Assembly (NCBI GenBank): GCA_951406725.2
Contig: OX597819.1
Coordinates: 3,100,001 to 3,164,000 of the forward strand
Direction of reading: 5' to 3'
From: Octopus vulgaris
Taxonomy: Eukaryota
Length of the DNA: 64,000 nucleotides
The translations under genes were made by a program, and so were the position numbers. Numbering within the stretch: position 1 is the stretch's first letter; every line of letters starts with the position of its first letter. The notes under the pieces are model-generated. The model saw only the letters and a program-made list of their open reading frames with translations. It did no database searches and was not told the origin of the DNA. Positions 41,524 through 53,794 of the stretch are shown here, one piece after another.

Positions 41524-41623
41524 NNNNNNNNNNNNNNNNNNNNNNNNNNNNNNNNNNNNNNNNNNNNNNNNNNNNNNNNNNNNNNNNNNNNNNNNNNNNN
41601 NNNNNNNNNNNNNNNNNNNNNNN
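41524..41623. other. Assembly gap (100 N)
   Basis: Run of N. Confidence 1.
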
Positions 41624-41967
41624 ACATGAGGTTCTGTATGTAAAGTATTTATCACCATCTGATGTTTCATTACCAAACAATGATTATTGGTTATATGTCA
41701 TTTATATAATTAAAATGCATTATCTAATCTCCAGTGATGTGTAGCACTTCTAATTGTAATATTGCTAGACCATCAAGAAAGTTGCCAACATCAGAATAGC
41801 AACCAATCGCATGAAATTATGTTGAGAATGCAGTTTATATATGTTATTAAATGGATGAAAGTTTGATAAAAAAAACTGAAAAAATAAAACTGAAAAAACA
41901 AAAAAACCAAACGAAAATCCTAGATAGAAAGAGACAAAGAAGTGTTGTTAGAAAATCGCAGAAAAAA

Positions 41968-42474
41968 AATGTGGTATAAAGATAATGTAAACAGCTAGAA
42001 GAAAAAATGAAATTAAATAGAAATAAGAAATAGATGGAAAAAAAATAAAAAATAGTAATGATAAAAACATATGTAAGGATAAATAAATGATAGAGGTTAA
42101 ATGTTAAAATAAGGTTAAGGCTTAAAATTATAATCAAATGTAGATTAATAATAAAAAATATAATTCAAAAATTATTTAGTGTCAGTAGCGCTAATTGAGG
42201 GACTATGGGCTTATTAAATATTGGTCTCCAGTGAGCCCATAGTCCCTCCATTAGTGCTACTGACAGTAAATTAAAATTAAAATTTTATTTTTAGTTTCAT
42301 CTAAATTTGATTTTAATTTTAAGTGTTAACCTTATTTTAATTTTTTACTTCAGTTATCCTTACATATGTTTTTATCATATTCGTTATTTCTTATCTATTT
42401 TTAAAATCTCTTCCTATCTATTTATCTTATTTTATTATCTTCTTCTAACTATTTACATTACTTTTATACCACGT
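41968..42474. repeat. ~500-bp diverged fold-back inverted repeat
   Basis: Inner arms are TGTCAGTAGCGCTAATTGAGGGACTATGGGCT and AGCCCATAGTCCCTCCATTAGTGCTACTGACA. The outer arms share ATGATAAAAACATATGTAAGGATAA and GTGGTATAAA in reverse complement. Confidence 0.85.
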
Positions 42475-44464
42475 CTTTTATTAGTTGAATTATATTAGTT
42501 AAGTCTTTGTAAATTTTAACTCTTAATTCTTACATCCTTCCATCATAGTTTGACACCTGTTTCTAGCATTCTAGCTTTCCTTGGTGGCTAGTGGGATTTG
42601 ATAACTCATATCTGCACTTATCTGTGGTCTTCCTTGTGTCCACTTTGTTATTCAATGCTCCCCACCCTCTTGTTGGTGCTCTAGACCCAAGGTATAGCAT
42701 CTGCCCTGTTTTATCCTCTCCCTTATTTGTCGGTCTTTGCATTTACCCCCACCCAATTTCTTTGGGTGGGAGTGCCAATTTACTGGCCCTACACCATCTT
42801 CTCTCTATGGTGTTCTCAAGACTTAATACCCCTCACTATGAAGAGCTACCTATCTTTCTCATACCAGAATGTGTTATTTATTGAGCCCCCCCCACACACA
42901 CACTGAGGACTGATTGCCCTGTGATATGCTAAACAGTGTTCCTGGTGTGCTGCTTATATCTGTCTATCAATCTACTTATCCTATTTTCTCTCATACTAGA
43001 ACATTTTGCTTGTTCCTTCTATTGTTCATGTAACTGTTCAACTGCTAGCAGTTTCTTTTCCTCTTCTCACCTTGATATGCTACTTGATCACTCTTTTGAT
43101 AATGGATTCACCTATGGATGTGCCTAGGGAAGAACCAATTTGAATGGATTTGGTTGAACACTCCTACCTTCCTGAACATAATGAACCACAGCAGATGCCA
43201 TTAAAGAGGAGCTTTCTTTCCACTGTCATACATTTCTTCATACATTTCTCCAATGACAGAATATCCAGTTTATAAAATCTTCAATCAATACAATAATCCA
43301 ATGGCAAGGGTGTCTCAGAGATGGCTGTCTTTGCTACCTTTACTAGTTTTGTATTATTTTACTATTTTTAGATTAAGCTGAATGAATTTAAATGTCATAG
43401 TCCGGCCTTGACTGATTGTTTGCCTTCCTTATTATTTTAACCAATACCTACCAATTGCCAGTTTTTGTCGAACAAGACATTCACACAGCCACAATTCCAG
43501 CCACTGTTCTGGCTGGAATTTTGGTGGATCATCTATTAGAGCACTCAAAATGCATACCTATTAGTTTGGGTTACCTTGACCTAAATTCCTCATATATATA
43601 AAGTTAATAAAAGGAAATGGAGAAAAAAATATTATAGATGCTTGGTTCATTTTATTTGTATCACAATGGAAAATTAATGCAAAGAAAAAAAGATACCTAT
43701 AAAAATAAATATTAAAAGGAACTGGACCAACAAAACAGTGAAAAAAATCTGCAAAAATCCTACAGTATGTTTGAATCGTCAACCTTTGAACTTTTATAAA
43801 TGTAATAAACCATATATTGTCAGGTACCTTCAGGGAAAAGTATATTTTCCGATCTTGAATTATGAAATAACTTATTTGAGGGCTTTGTTTAGTAATTTTC
43901 AAATGTAAACAACAGCTTATTAGGATGCAGAGTTCATCTGATTAGAAATTGATCGTTTAATTTTAGCTAATATTGAACGTGGAAATGATACTAAAATATC
44001 AAATGCATTTGAAAAATATATTTATTATTATATTTATAATATATTTATAAAAGTTTATGGGAGGAAAATGGGAGAAAGATAACTGTAACTTATCATAAGG
44101 GGTGTTATATACAAGGAATTAGATTGAGAAATGTTAATAAAGAAGGGATGGAAAGTTTGTTTTATATTAAATTATGATAATGAATTTTAGAAGTACTACA
44201 GAGAAAGATATATTTATATTAGTCTATAGGAGGAAGATGGGATAAATACAAGGAATCTCTTTTTCTTTGCATTACTTTTCTATTGTGATACAAAAAAAAA
44301 AAAAAAAAAGGACCAAGCATCTATAATATTTTTCTTCTCCATTTTCTTTTAATAACTTAACAATTTATGAGACTGTTTATAAATATATATTGAGGAACTT
44401 TCTGTCAATATATCTGATAAAACTAGCTGGCATCTGGATTGTTATTAACAATCCCTCACGAGGA

Positions 44465-44512
<48 letters not shown>

Positions 44513-44552
44513 GAGAGAGAGAGAGATAAACACACACACACACACACACACA

Positions 44553-45817
44553 CAGATATGCAGGAAGTAAATAGACACATTTAATTTTCAAAATTTCTGA
44601 TCTAAGCGTCTTAATATGTTTTCAGTGGTGTAGAATTTACAATGTAATTATTCTTTTTCATTCCAGGTGCCATTATATTAAATATTTGCAAAGAGTAACC
44701 ATGCCACGCACAAAAAATTCTGTCAGATTTTCAAAGAGGTCATATTGTTGGGCAATCCGAGGCTGGTCTTAGCCAGTGAAAAATTGCCAAAAATTTTCAA
44801 ATTTCTCTTACTAATGTTAATAGAATTATAGTGCAATTCAAAAGCCAAGGAAAAGAATCAACAGATTCTTGTCCTGGCCGACCTGGGCCCTTGGAAAGGA
44901 AGCTTTGCTGTTTGAAAAGAATTGTGGAAAACGAACCCCATTCGAAGGCTTCTGACATTGCAAAACAGCTAGAAGTTAGTCCAAGAACATGTGTTACATA
45001 TCTGCATAAGCTTGGTATTATGGACGAGCAGCTAGAAGAAAACCTCTCCTTCAACCAATTAATATCATGAAAAGAAAGAAATGGGCTAAGGAGATGTCAG
45101 AAAAATCCAGTTCCATTTTGGGATAGAGTGATTTTCTCAGATGAATCCAGATTTGCATTATTTTCAGACAGTGGACGTGTTTGGGTCTGGAGGCTTCCCA
45201 ATCAAGAATTTGATTTGAAACAACTCCAACCAACTGTGAAACATGGCAGTATCTCTGTAATGGTATGGGGAGCTGTCATCAGCAATGGTCATTCTGAGCT
45301 GATTGAATGTGTTGGAACCATAAACTCTGAAAAATACATCGAAATACTTAAGCAAGGACTATTTCTGATGTATTCACACGATAACATAACGAAAAATGAG
45401 TTTTTATTCATGGAAAATGGGGCTCCATGCCACACAGCATAAAGGAATCAACAATGGCTGACTGAAAATGAGATCAAAAAGCTTCCATGGCCGAGCCAAT
45501 CTCCTGACATGAACCCAATTGAAAATCTTTGGAGCATACTAGATAGAGCTATACAAAAAACTCAACAGAAACCTAAATCTAAAGATGAATTGTTTTGATT
45601 GTTGTATGAAAAGTGGGCAGAAATTCCACAAGAGACAATCACAAAGCTCATCAGTTCAATGCCAAAAACAGTTTCTGAACTAAAAACTGCAAAGGAAATG
45701 TCAACTAAATACTAAAGTACGTAATCCTACCTATCGATTACATTTCAATTGTTCACTTTGTGTATTAAATAAAAGATTTTGAAAATTAAAGGTGTCTATT
45801 TACTACTTGCATGTCTG
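44553..45817 (+). mobile_element. Near-full-length Tc1 transposon; transposase pseudogene 44701-45715
   Basis: 42-bp TIRs (CAGAYATGCA...AGTAAATAGACAC.TTTAATTTTCAAAAT). Motifs [41 protein letters not shown] and STKY*, broken by frameshifts and stops. Confidence 0.93.
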
Positions 45818-45948
45818 TATATATATATATATATATATATAAATGCAAGAGAGTTGTAAAATATCAAATCTATGGATTGGTAATTTTTTGTTTGTCCATA
45901 TCAACTAGCATCAGCTAGTATTGATGAAAAATAACTGTTAAGGACCCC

Positions 45949-45988
<40 letters not shown>

Positions 45989-46089
45989 GTATATATATAT
46001 ATATAATTCATAGATGAGAATTAGATATTCCAGCTATTCTCCATATACTTGGTAGTGCTGAAGAAATTTAAACTTGAGTGGGTATAAGA

Positions 46090-46645
46090 AGTAAATGTAG
46101 GGATAAGCAAATTAGGCAGATCAAAATATAAAGTATATTAAGAACATGGAATAAAAAAAAATGTATATATGTATGCTATGTATACATAGAAAAAGGTCTG
46201 ACTTATACAGAATACAAATGAAATATAGAATTAAAGGAGTTGAAGAAAAGTATTATAAATCCAACACCTGTTTCTGGAGGATAATAAAAACTTCTGTCTT
46301 CAGCGAAGAGATCTTATGTTTGAGGTGTTGAAGAAAAGAAGTTCAAAGATGGCGTCATCTTTCCACCTTTGATTCTTTCCTTCAACACTTCAAATGATGA
46401 TGGAGGCTTGTTTAATTTTTTGATGGAATCAATCTACAAACATTATTTTGGACCACTGAGCCCCCAGAAACAGCTGTTGGATTCGTAATACTTTTCTTCA
46501 ACCCCTTTCATTCTCTATATCATTTGTATTCTGTGTAAGTCAGACCGTTTTGTATGTAAACATATATACATTTTTTGTATTCCATGTTTTTAATATTTTT
46601 CATATTTTGATCTGCTTAACTTGCTTATCCCTACATTTATTTATA
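46090..46645. repeat. ~190-bp inverted arms enclosing a second hairpin (possible Penelope-like remnant)
   Basis: 46090-46280 mirrors 46461-46645. The inner hairpin TTGAGGTGTTGAAGAAAAGAA/TTCTTTCCTTCAACACTTCAA lies at 46320-46393. A GAAACAGCTGTT motif is present. Confidence 0.85.
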
Positions 46646-46989
46646 TAAGTAAATGTAGCACAAAGTTTTGTCAGTGAACAGGTCATGGTTTCAAAATGAC
46701 AAAAATATTTTGACACAAATTAAATTTATATGTTGAAGTGAAACAGTTTTTGTGGTGTTCTTAAATGGCTTACAAACATCTTCCATGCTGCAGTTGTTCT
46801 TGTTAATATGTATGTATATATATATATATATAACTGAAAATAAATGGACAATGACAGTTCAATAGCAAAGCAGTTTATTTGCAATTAATGTATTACATAA
46901 CACAAAATTTCCAGCTTATATAATACATTGACGCAAATAAATTTCCATGCTATTGAAACATTTGTAGCATGTTCAGAATTGGCATTGTG

Positions 46990-47890
46990 ATACTGGAACA
47001 ATATCTGCAGCCAAAGAAAGAGGCCAATGATTATCTTGCCCAAGTTTGTGACCATGAAATTAACAACATAATTAGGACACCTAATGACTTTGAGGAGAGG
47101 TAATGGACTTGAGGGTCATTGGTAAAATATATTTATCAGAGGAACAAAATTTTAAAAAATGAACCTATTTACTGAGACGATAGTATATGGGTATTTGGCA
47201 CAAAAAACAAACCATAGATGGAACTGATCATGTCAAAAACTTGGCATGGAGTTCTGACAAGTTTGAAGGCTATCTCCATGCAATTCAAGAACAAGAGATC
47301 CTCACCAAGTGCCTACAGCATAAGAAGCAGAAAACATTGACAGTGAACAAATGTAGGCTGTGCAAGACCAAGACTGAAGATGTCGACCACACTATTGCCA
47401 GCAGTGAGAGAATGTCTTCCAGATATTATCTTCCCATAAGGCATGATGTGGTGATCAACACAGTCTGAAAGAGGGTACCAAAAAAGGAAACACTTATGGA
47501 TGAAGTTGACTACATTGAAGACTGATGGATCAAAAAATATTGGTGGAACTTTAAAATCAAAACAGCCACTAAGTTAAAACAGAACCAGCCAGATATTGTG
47601 TAGGGCCACAAGGAAAAGATATGTTCTCTTGTGGAAATCAGCTGCTCTCTGGACACCAATGAAAAAGGATATTTATAGAGCATCCACAAAGAGTTTGCAA
47701 ATCCAGTACTCAAGATACACTTTCAACTTCATGCCTCTTATTATTGAAGCAACAGGATACATATGAACCTGCCATGAGCAAAGTATGGGCGAATTTGGGA
47801 ACTTGGGGAGAAAATGCAAATCCTTAATTCATACGCTACAAATGATCATGATATCTGGGACTATAATAATCTGCAAAACCTAATCAAAAT
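46990..47890 (+). mobile_element. Decayed R4/Dong-type (restriction-like endonuclease) LINE C-terminal fragment
   Basis: EGYLHAIQEQ, a CRLC...E..DH zinc-knuckle remnant, the RHD motif, and QPDIV...LVEISC (PD-(D/E) nuclease). Confidence 0.75.
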
Positions 47891-47999
47891 GCCTGAAACT
47901 TGATACGCCAATTGAATGCCAGCTAGCTGTATGTGATTGGTTGGAGATTTGGACAGTACTTGTGTGTATGTGTGCACGCATGCAGCTGTATATGCATGC

Positions 48000-48040
48000 A
48001 CTAGCACTATGACCCACCGCCGCCGGGTCATAGTGCTAAT
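48000..48040. repeat. 41-bp palindrome, Helitron-3'-end-like
   Basis: ACTAGCACTATGACCC...GGGTCATAGTGCTAAT; a second copy lies at 12202-12242. Confidence 0.75.
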
Positions 48041-48329
48041 TCATATATACAATGCATAATAATTGGTTGTTTAAATTAGATGGATATGTCCAATAGCCAT
48101 CTGCCAGATGGCAAGTGTTTGCGCAAATCATCTATTCAAGTGCTGATAACAGTTCCTTAATTAATAACCCACCCCTACTCATTGTATCAAGGCTACAACT
48201 TTAGAGCTAACATAGTTAGTGGTTAGTGTCTTCAGTCTTAGATGTAGAAGCACTTAGAAACACACCAGTATGGAATAAGAAGATATGGAAGCTTAAGATA
48301 TAGAAAAATAGAATCTTTCTAATGTGGAT

Positions 48330-48710
48330 CCAATAGAAGGACCAGCTATCCTAGGCTACAGCAACATGATAAAGTAATTAAAGATATGAAGGGAGGGAAA
48401 GTCTTTGATCCACCAGGAATCACTGCTTAAATGCTTAAAATAGCAGGTGGCTTATTCACCATATTGTTAATCAGGTTGTCCAGGAAGGTACCATCCCCAC
48501 AAACTGGTGTAGCAACATTATTGCAAACTGTTATAAGAGTAAAGGAGATACCTTATAAGTTATTGCAGAGGTATCAAATTGCTGGACCAGGTTATGAAAG
48601 TTACAGAAAAAACTTATAGCCTAATTAATTAGCAAGAGAATTAGACTAGATGCGCTGCAGTTGATTTTGTGTCAGGGAGATATATTATTGATGCCCTCTT
48701 TCTAGAAAGA
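48330..48710 (+). mobile_element. Decayed RTE LINE RT fragment
   Basis: Remnants MLKIAG, NW, YKSKGD, RGIKLLDQVMKV and DALF across frameshifts. Confidence 0.6.
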
Positions 48711-49697
48711 CACTTTATTTTCCATTGATTACCCCTTCTGTGCCACCAGTTATGTCTCTGTTTCTCCTGGGCTACATCTCAGAACAGCCATAAATTATCT
48801 TTAATACCTTCCCATATCTACTTTCATCCTCACCAACCTCACATCCGCCATTGAAGCCCTTACACCTTTGACTGCCCCTTGCTATATCCATCCCTGCATA
48901 CCTCTGACCTCATCTCTGTCACTGTATGTCTTTCTCTTCCATTCTCTCACCTCACACGTCACCTTATTTCTCATCTATATGCTGGTTTATTACACTTTTG
49001 CTTTTCACTCTTTCTGTAATGCAGCTTCACACCTCATTTCTGAGCCACTCCTTTTCCTTTCATCAACCACACATCCATGCAAGTTCATTATTTACTACAT
49101 TAACATTAATCTCTCTCTCTCTCTCTCTCTCTACCTCTCTTTCTCTCACTATATGAAAGATAGATAGAGGGAAAGAAGAAAGGAGGGGTAGAGACAGATA
49201 AATAAACAGAAGTTTATGTCAGAAAATCTTAAATTGACAGCATTTTATCATATATTCTTCTGAAATATTAAAATTTTCCAAAAAATAGACATACACCCTT
49301 ATAATGAAAATTGTAGAAATTTGAAATTAAGAAGTTGAACTTGAAAAAAATGAAGACCAAACCAAGATGTGAAAGGAAAAGAAAAACAGCAATTATAGAT
49401 TTAACCACAAAGCATGCTAGAAGATACTGAATAGTCAAAGATAGGAATAACACATTGAGGAATACATGTAATAACCAAACTAAATCTAAGATAAATTCAG
49501 GAAATAGAACAAATGAAGAAATAGGGCAAATTTATGAATCAGTTCTGTTTTTATCGTTTTGATGAATTTGTCTCAGAAGTCAAATGTTATCTAAAAAGAT
49601 TTGGGTTAGAATTTAAATACTACAAATAAAACCTAAGAATATTTTTTATAAAAATGACTAAATAGCATTTTTGTTGATATTATTATTAAAACTCATA

Positions 49698-50110
49698 AGG
49701 CAGCGAGCTGGCAGAATCATTATTGTGCAGGACAAAATGCTTAGTGGCATTTCTTCTAGCTTTATATTCTGAGTTCAAATGTTGCTGAGGTCAACAGTGC
49801 CTTTCATCCTTTCGAAGTCAATAAAATAAGTATCAGTTGAGAACTATGGTTAAGGAAACTTAGAGTTTCCTCTAAAATTTCTGGCCTTGTACCAAGATTT
49901 AAAACTTATTATTAATATAGATTTCTAGCTTTGGCACAAAGCTTCAAATTTTCCATAAATTCTCCAGTCACTAGCATCAACTACAGTACTTTAGTAGTAC
50001 TTATTTTACCAAATCTTTATAACAAAAGGCCATGTTATTCTCAGCTAGGTTTAAACTCACAAAGCAGAGAGACAGAGATATCGCTTAATATTGCAAGGCA
50101 TTTTATTTGC
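49698..50110. mobile_element. Family-D SINE (+, 49698-49905) followed by a decayed inverted copy
   Basis: The first copy is collinear with 1988-2196. The second shows TTGGCACAAAG...AGTACTTATTTT...TTAAACTCA. Confidence 0.6.
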
Positions 50111-50351
50111 TGATCTCTGGGTTTTGCCTATATTTTATATGGTTACTGTTACTAAAGATGTTTGTTATAATTCTATTTTTTTAGTTAATTGCAGTCATTA
50201 AATCTACTGCAATTCAACTTCACTGGTATGTTTCAATATAAACTAGATTTATTACTAGAGATTTTTTGAAATAATCGTAATTACTCAATGTCTCTGATAA
50301 AATTAAAGTATTTTATACATATACTATTAGGCATAATATACAGCCAGCTAC

Positions 50352-50702
50352 AAAAAATTCATCGACAGCAATTCATTGAAAGTAATTTGCTGACCAACAA
50401 ATCTTGATTAGCAAATTCACTTATTACTAATTAAATGATTAACAAATTCACTAATGACATAATAATACAATGACACAGTCACACTTAAATAACATAACAG
50501 AAAACATTGCAAAATCTTTGAAATGAATCCTAAAGTGAGACACAAACTAAGCCTCTTACATTTGGAATGATAGACTTGTGAAGATTGTAGTCCACAAATC
50601 TTTTAAATCCTTCAGGCAAAATTGCAATACTTTGATCTCTTCAAAGGAGGTTCTGGCTCATTTGTGAATTGTTGTTTGGTGAATTGCTATCGAGGAATTT
50701 TC
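50352..50702. mobile_element. Unclassified TIR MITE candidate
   Basis: AATTCATCGACAGCAATTCA on the left and rc AATTCCTCGATAGCAATTCA on the right. Confidence 0.4.
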
Positions 50703-50977
50703 CACACAATAATGCACAGCATCAGCATCATCAACAATTTAAAATCAAATTTACTGTTAAACGATTTGGGTGAACCTGCAAACTAACTACTTACTTTACA
50801 GTTATTTCTATACCATATTTTGTGCTTAAAGGACTACAGATTTGATGAAGAAAAGTGTAGACATAGGAAAAACAGAATGAACATTGTTTCTTTTTCTTTT
50901 CTTTTTTTTTTTTTTAATATTTTCACTAGTGTGATTAAAATGGATTCAATCCAACATGCAATAGAGAAGTCACTTAC

Positions 50978-51004
50978 CATCTTTTTTGAGAGATTTATAT
51001 TGAA
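50978..51004 (-). CDS. Candidate 27-nt microexon of the minus-strand host gene
   Basis: Minus strand: ttgttttctgttttag|TTCAATATAAATCTCTCAAAAAAGATG|gtaagt. The length is a multiple of 3; it is open in phase 1 (xQYKSLKKD) and in phase 0. TGCATG lies 18 nt into the downstream intron. Confidence 0.5.
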
Positions 51005-51307
51005 CTAAAACAGAAAACAATTATATGTTATATAGAACAAATAAAATATATTTTAGAAAAAGTTAAAAAAGTATGAAATTAATTTCAAATATAACTAATT
51101 AGTAAAAATTTTTATGAATTATTAAAAATTCAAGCAGAAAAATAATATAAATTATCTATCTCACAATAATAATAATTATTATTCATAGAACAACATATAA
51201 TGGTTACATTGATGCTAAATGTACAGAGTTGTTGATGAAAATGGAGCATCAAAGACTGACTTCTGCAGTGTTTTGAAATGTTATCTTAAAGAATTTATTA
51301 TCATCAT

Positions 51308-51355
<48 letters not shown>

Positions 51356-53577
51356 GCAAACCAGTGATGATATTGTAGTAAGTTACTTAATCTAAAATGC
51401 AGTGGAACTGAATAGCAATAATTTCAATGGAACTATTTATCTGATATCATAGCATCGACCAGTTTTAAGAAGGTAATTTGAAATTGGTCTAAAAATAAAA
51501 CATTTTGAAAACATAAACAAACCCCTTCATGCAATAAAAACATAAAAGAATGTTGAAGAGATAGTTGTAGCAATCAATAATAGAATACAATGGTGAAAGA
51601 AAGAAGCTTAAAGAAAGTGTGCAATCAGAAAGAAAGGAAGCTTCCATATCATCATACCTGCCTTTGGAATGAAATATATGAAGGGTAATAGAAGTACATA
51701 GGAACCAAACAATTTGTACATCAAATGTCTTAAATTCATTATTTCTGGTATGGCCACACATTTGGGAGATTGAGTATAGTCAGTTAAATTGACTGGCATT
51801 TTATATTATCACCCATGTAGATTTAATGATACCATCAAATTTGGGTTCAGTTCGTATTTTAATTTATGATTAAGAATGGTATTTTTTTTCTATATTTTAT
51901 TTCAAAACACTTTCTGTTTTTAAACAAGTGTATCATTTACTTGCCTAAGTATTGTTTTGTCATTTATTTTAATGCTTGTAATTTGAGTTATTGTATTTTC
52001 AGGACAATTCAAGGAACATCTTTTAGAATTTGGGAAAATAAGAAGGAGTTGTAATAACTAAGCAATAAAAACAGATTCTTAAAAAATTTCTACATAATCT
52101 TTATTGAGTATTTTCTGTAATTTGTATCAAACAAATAAAAACTTTATTTTTTTCAACCAGAGAGCATGTTGGTACATTGATTTCTACTATTTTACAAATA
52201 AAGATCAAACATATTGTTGATAGCTTTCATCAAATATTGCTTTTTTTTGTATAAAATAAAGTTCATCCTTGAAAGCAATTATTAGTTGAAATGGGCTTGC
52301 AAAAACAAATTAAACTTTTGTTTCCAAGAAATTGTACAATTAAATATTTTTATAACACTTTGCCTTTGTACAGTATGTGAATATGTGAGCATAGTACAAT
52401 AATTCAATAGAGTGATGAAATACAATAATATGAAGATTACTTAAGCAAAGTATATTGCAAATTTAAAGACTTCATACGGAATGAAATAAGTTTGATTTGT
52501 TAAAGTTCTAAAGCAAAACACTTTTGCATTATTTTATGTGAGTAACTATGTTAAAAGCTAGATTTAATTGCTAAGATAATGAAACTTTTGAAAGATATAT
52601 GTTATATAGATTAGAATATTTAAGCTTATTTAAAGTTTTACATTTATGAATTGAGTTATTACTACAATTATTCTGAAAGGACTATTGGTATAAGTCTCAT
52701 GTACACTACATTTTGACTGATATATTTGATGATTACTCAAGCGTAAGTGATTCACATATACTGTGTCCTTGTATTTGAACCGAACTAAAACAAAAAAAAA
52801 AGCCTTTATTGCAACTGATGAGGTCTCAATACACATATTAACATCCTCAGAAACGAACCAACTGTAATTGTTTTTAAACTTATTTCAAAGAGTTTTCCTT
52901 AGGTTCTTAGATATGAATATAGGACAAAAATACAAACTGATAATATAAAAGAATATTTATAATAGAAATGTTAACATTCTAATGCATCAACAACTTAAAG
53001 GGACCATGATGTGCCTAGTAAACGATATTTAAATAGAATATTTATAGTAAATAACTCTGAAGAGTAAACTACTAAAACCAACAGAAGTGAATGTGAAAAT
53101 TTCTGTGTATGGCAAACCAATATTCATAGAACTCTACATAAAATTCTACAACATCAGAAAAATGCACAATCGTTTATCCTATTACTTTAGATTTGCATCT
53201 ACCCACATGCAGGCAGTGATAACAAACATAAATCCCTGTGAACCATTTAACAGGGATCTGTGGAAAATATGCAAAGAATCCACGGAAAAAATGGAATAAG
53301 AACAACTTAAAAATTAATTCGGCTCTATTTCTGTACAGTAAATTCTATCCAAGACAATGACTAAGAATATTGTGAGTACAACAGCCTAAGCAAAATGACT
53401 CTTTGAAGGTAAGCATTGGGCAACTCTGAAAAATAGGAAGCAAAATACATAACATTAACTGATTATTAATTGCTAATTAATAATCTGATCAGTAAGCACA
53501 GACCAGACTTCAGTCTAATATGGATGTTGTTACTGAAATAAGTTGGTATGATTAACACTCGTGAATGAAAGCATTAA

Positions 53578-53794
53578 CCCTTTTACTAATCCAGCTGAAA
53601 CCAGCTCTGGCTCTGAGTACAAATGTCTTGTTTTCATAAGTTTTGAATTAAAATCTTCCACCAAACCTTAGTTACAATTTATGTTCCTAACATTAGCTGA
53701 ATGATAACTAAGTTATTTTACTAGATTCTTTGCTATATTTAAAGTAATTGAAAGAAACACAAAGCATCTCAACAGAAATATGGTAACAAAAGGG
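53578..53794. mobile_element. piggyBac-type MITE
   Basis: TTAA|CCCTTTT...AAAAGGG|TTAA. Confidence 0.8.

Noticed and set aside
42560-43330. Possible very old LINE endonuclease or 5' remnant (AISET on the minus strand); similar faint RTE traces at 1640-1800, 26930-27330 and 48720-49110
   Set aside because: Too degraded to delimit or classify by eye.
50795-50833. Second minus-strand small exon (39 nt, ...ctgtag| to |gtaagt)
   Set aside because: The pyrimidine tract is weaker and there is a stop in phase 1. It cannot be separated from chance without RNA data.
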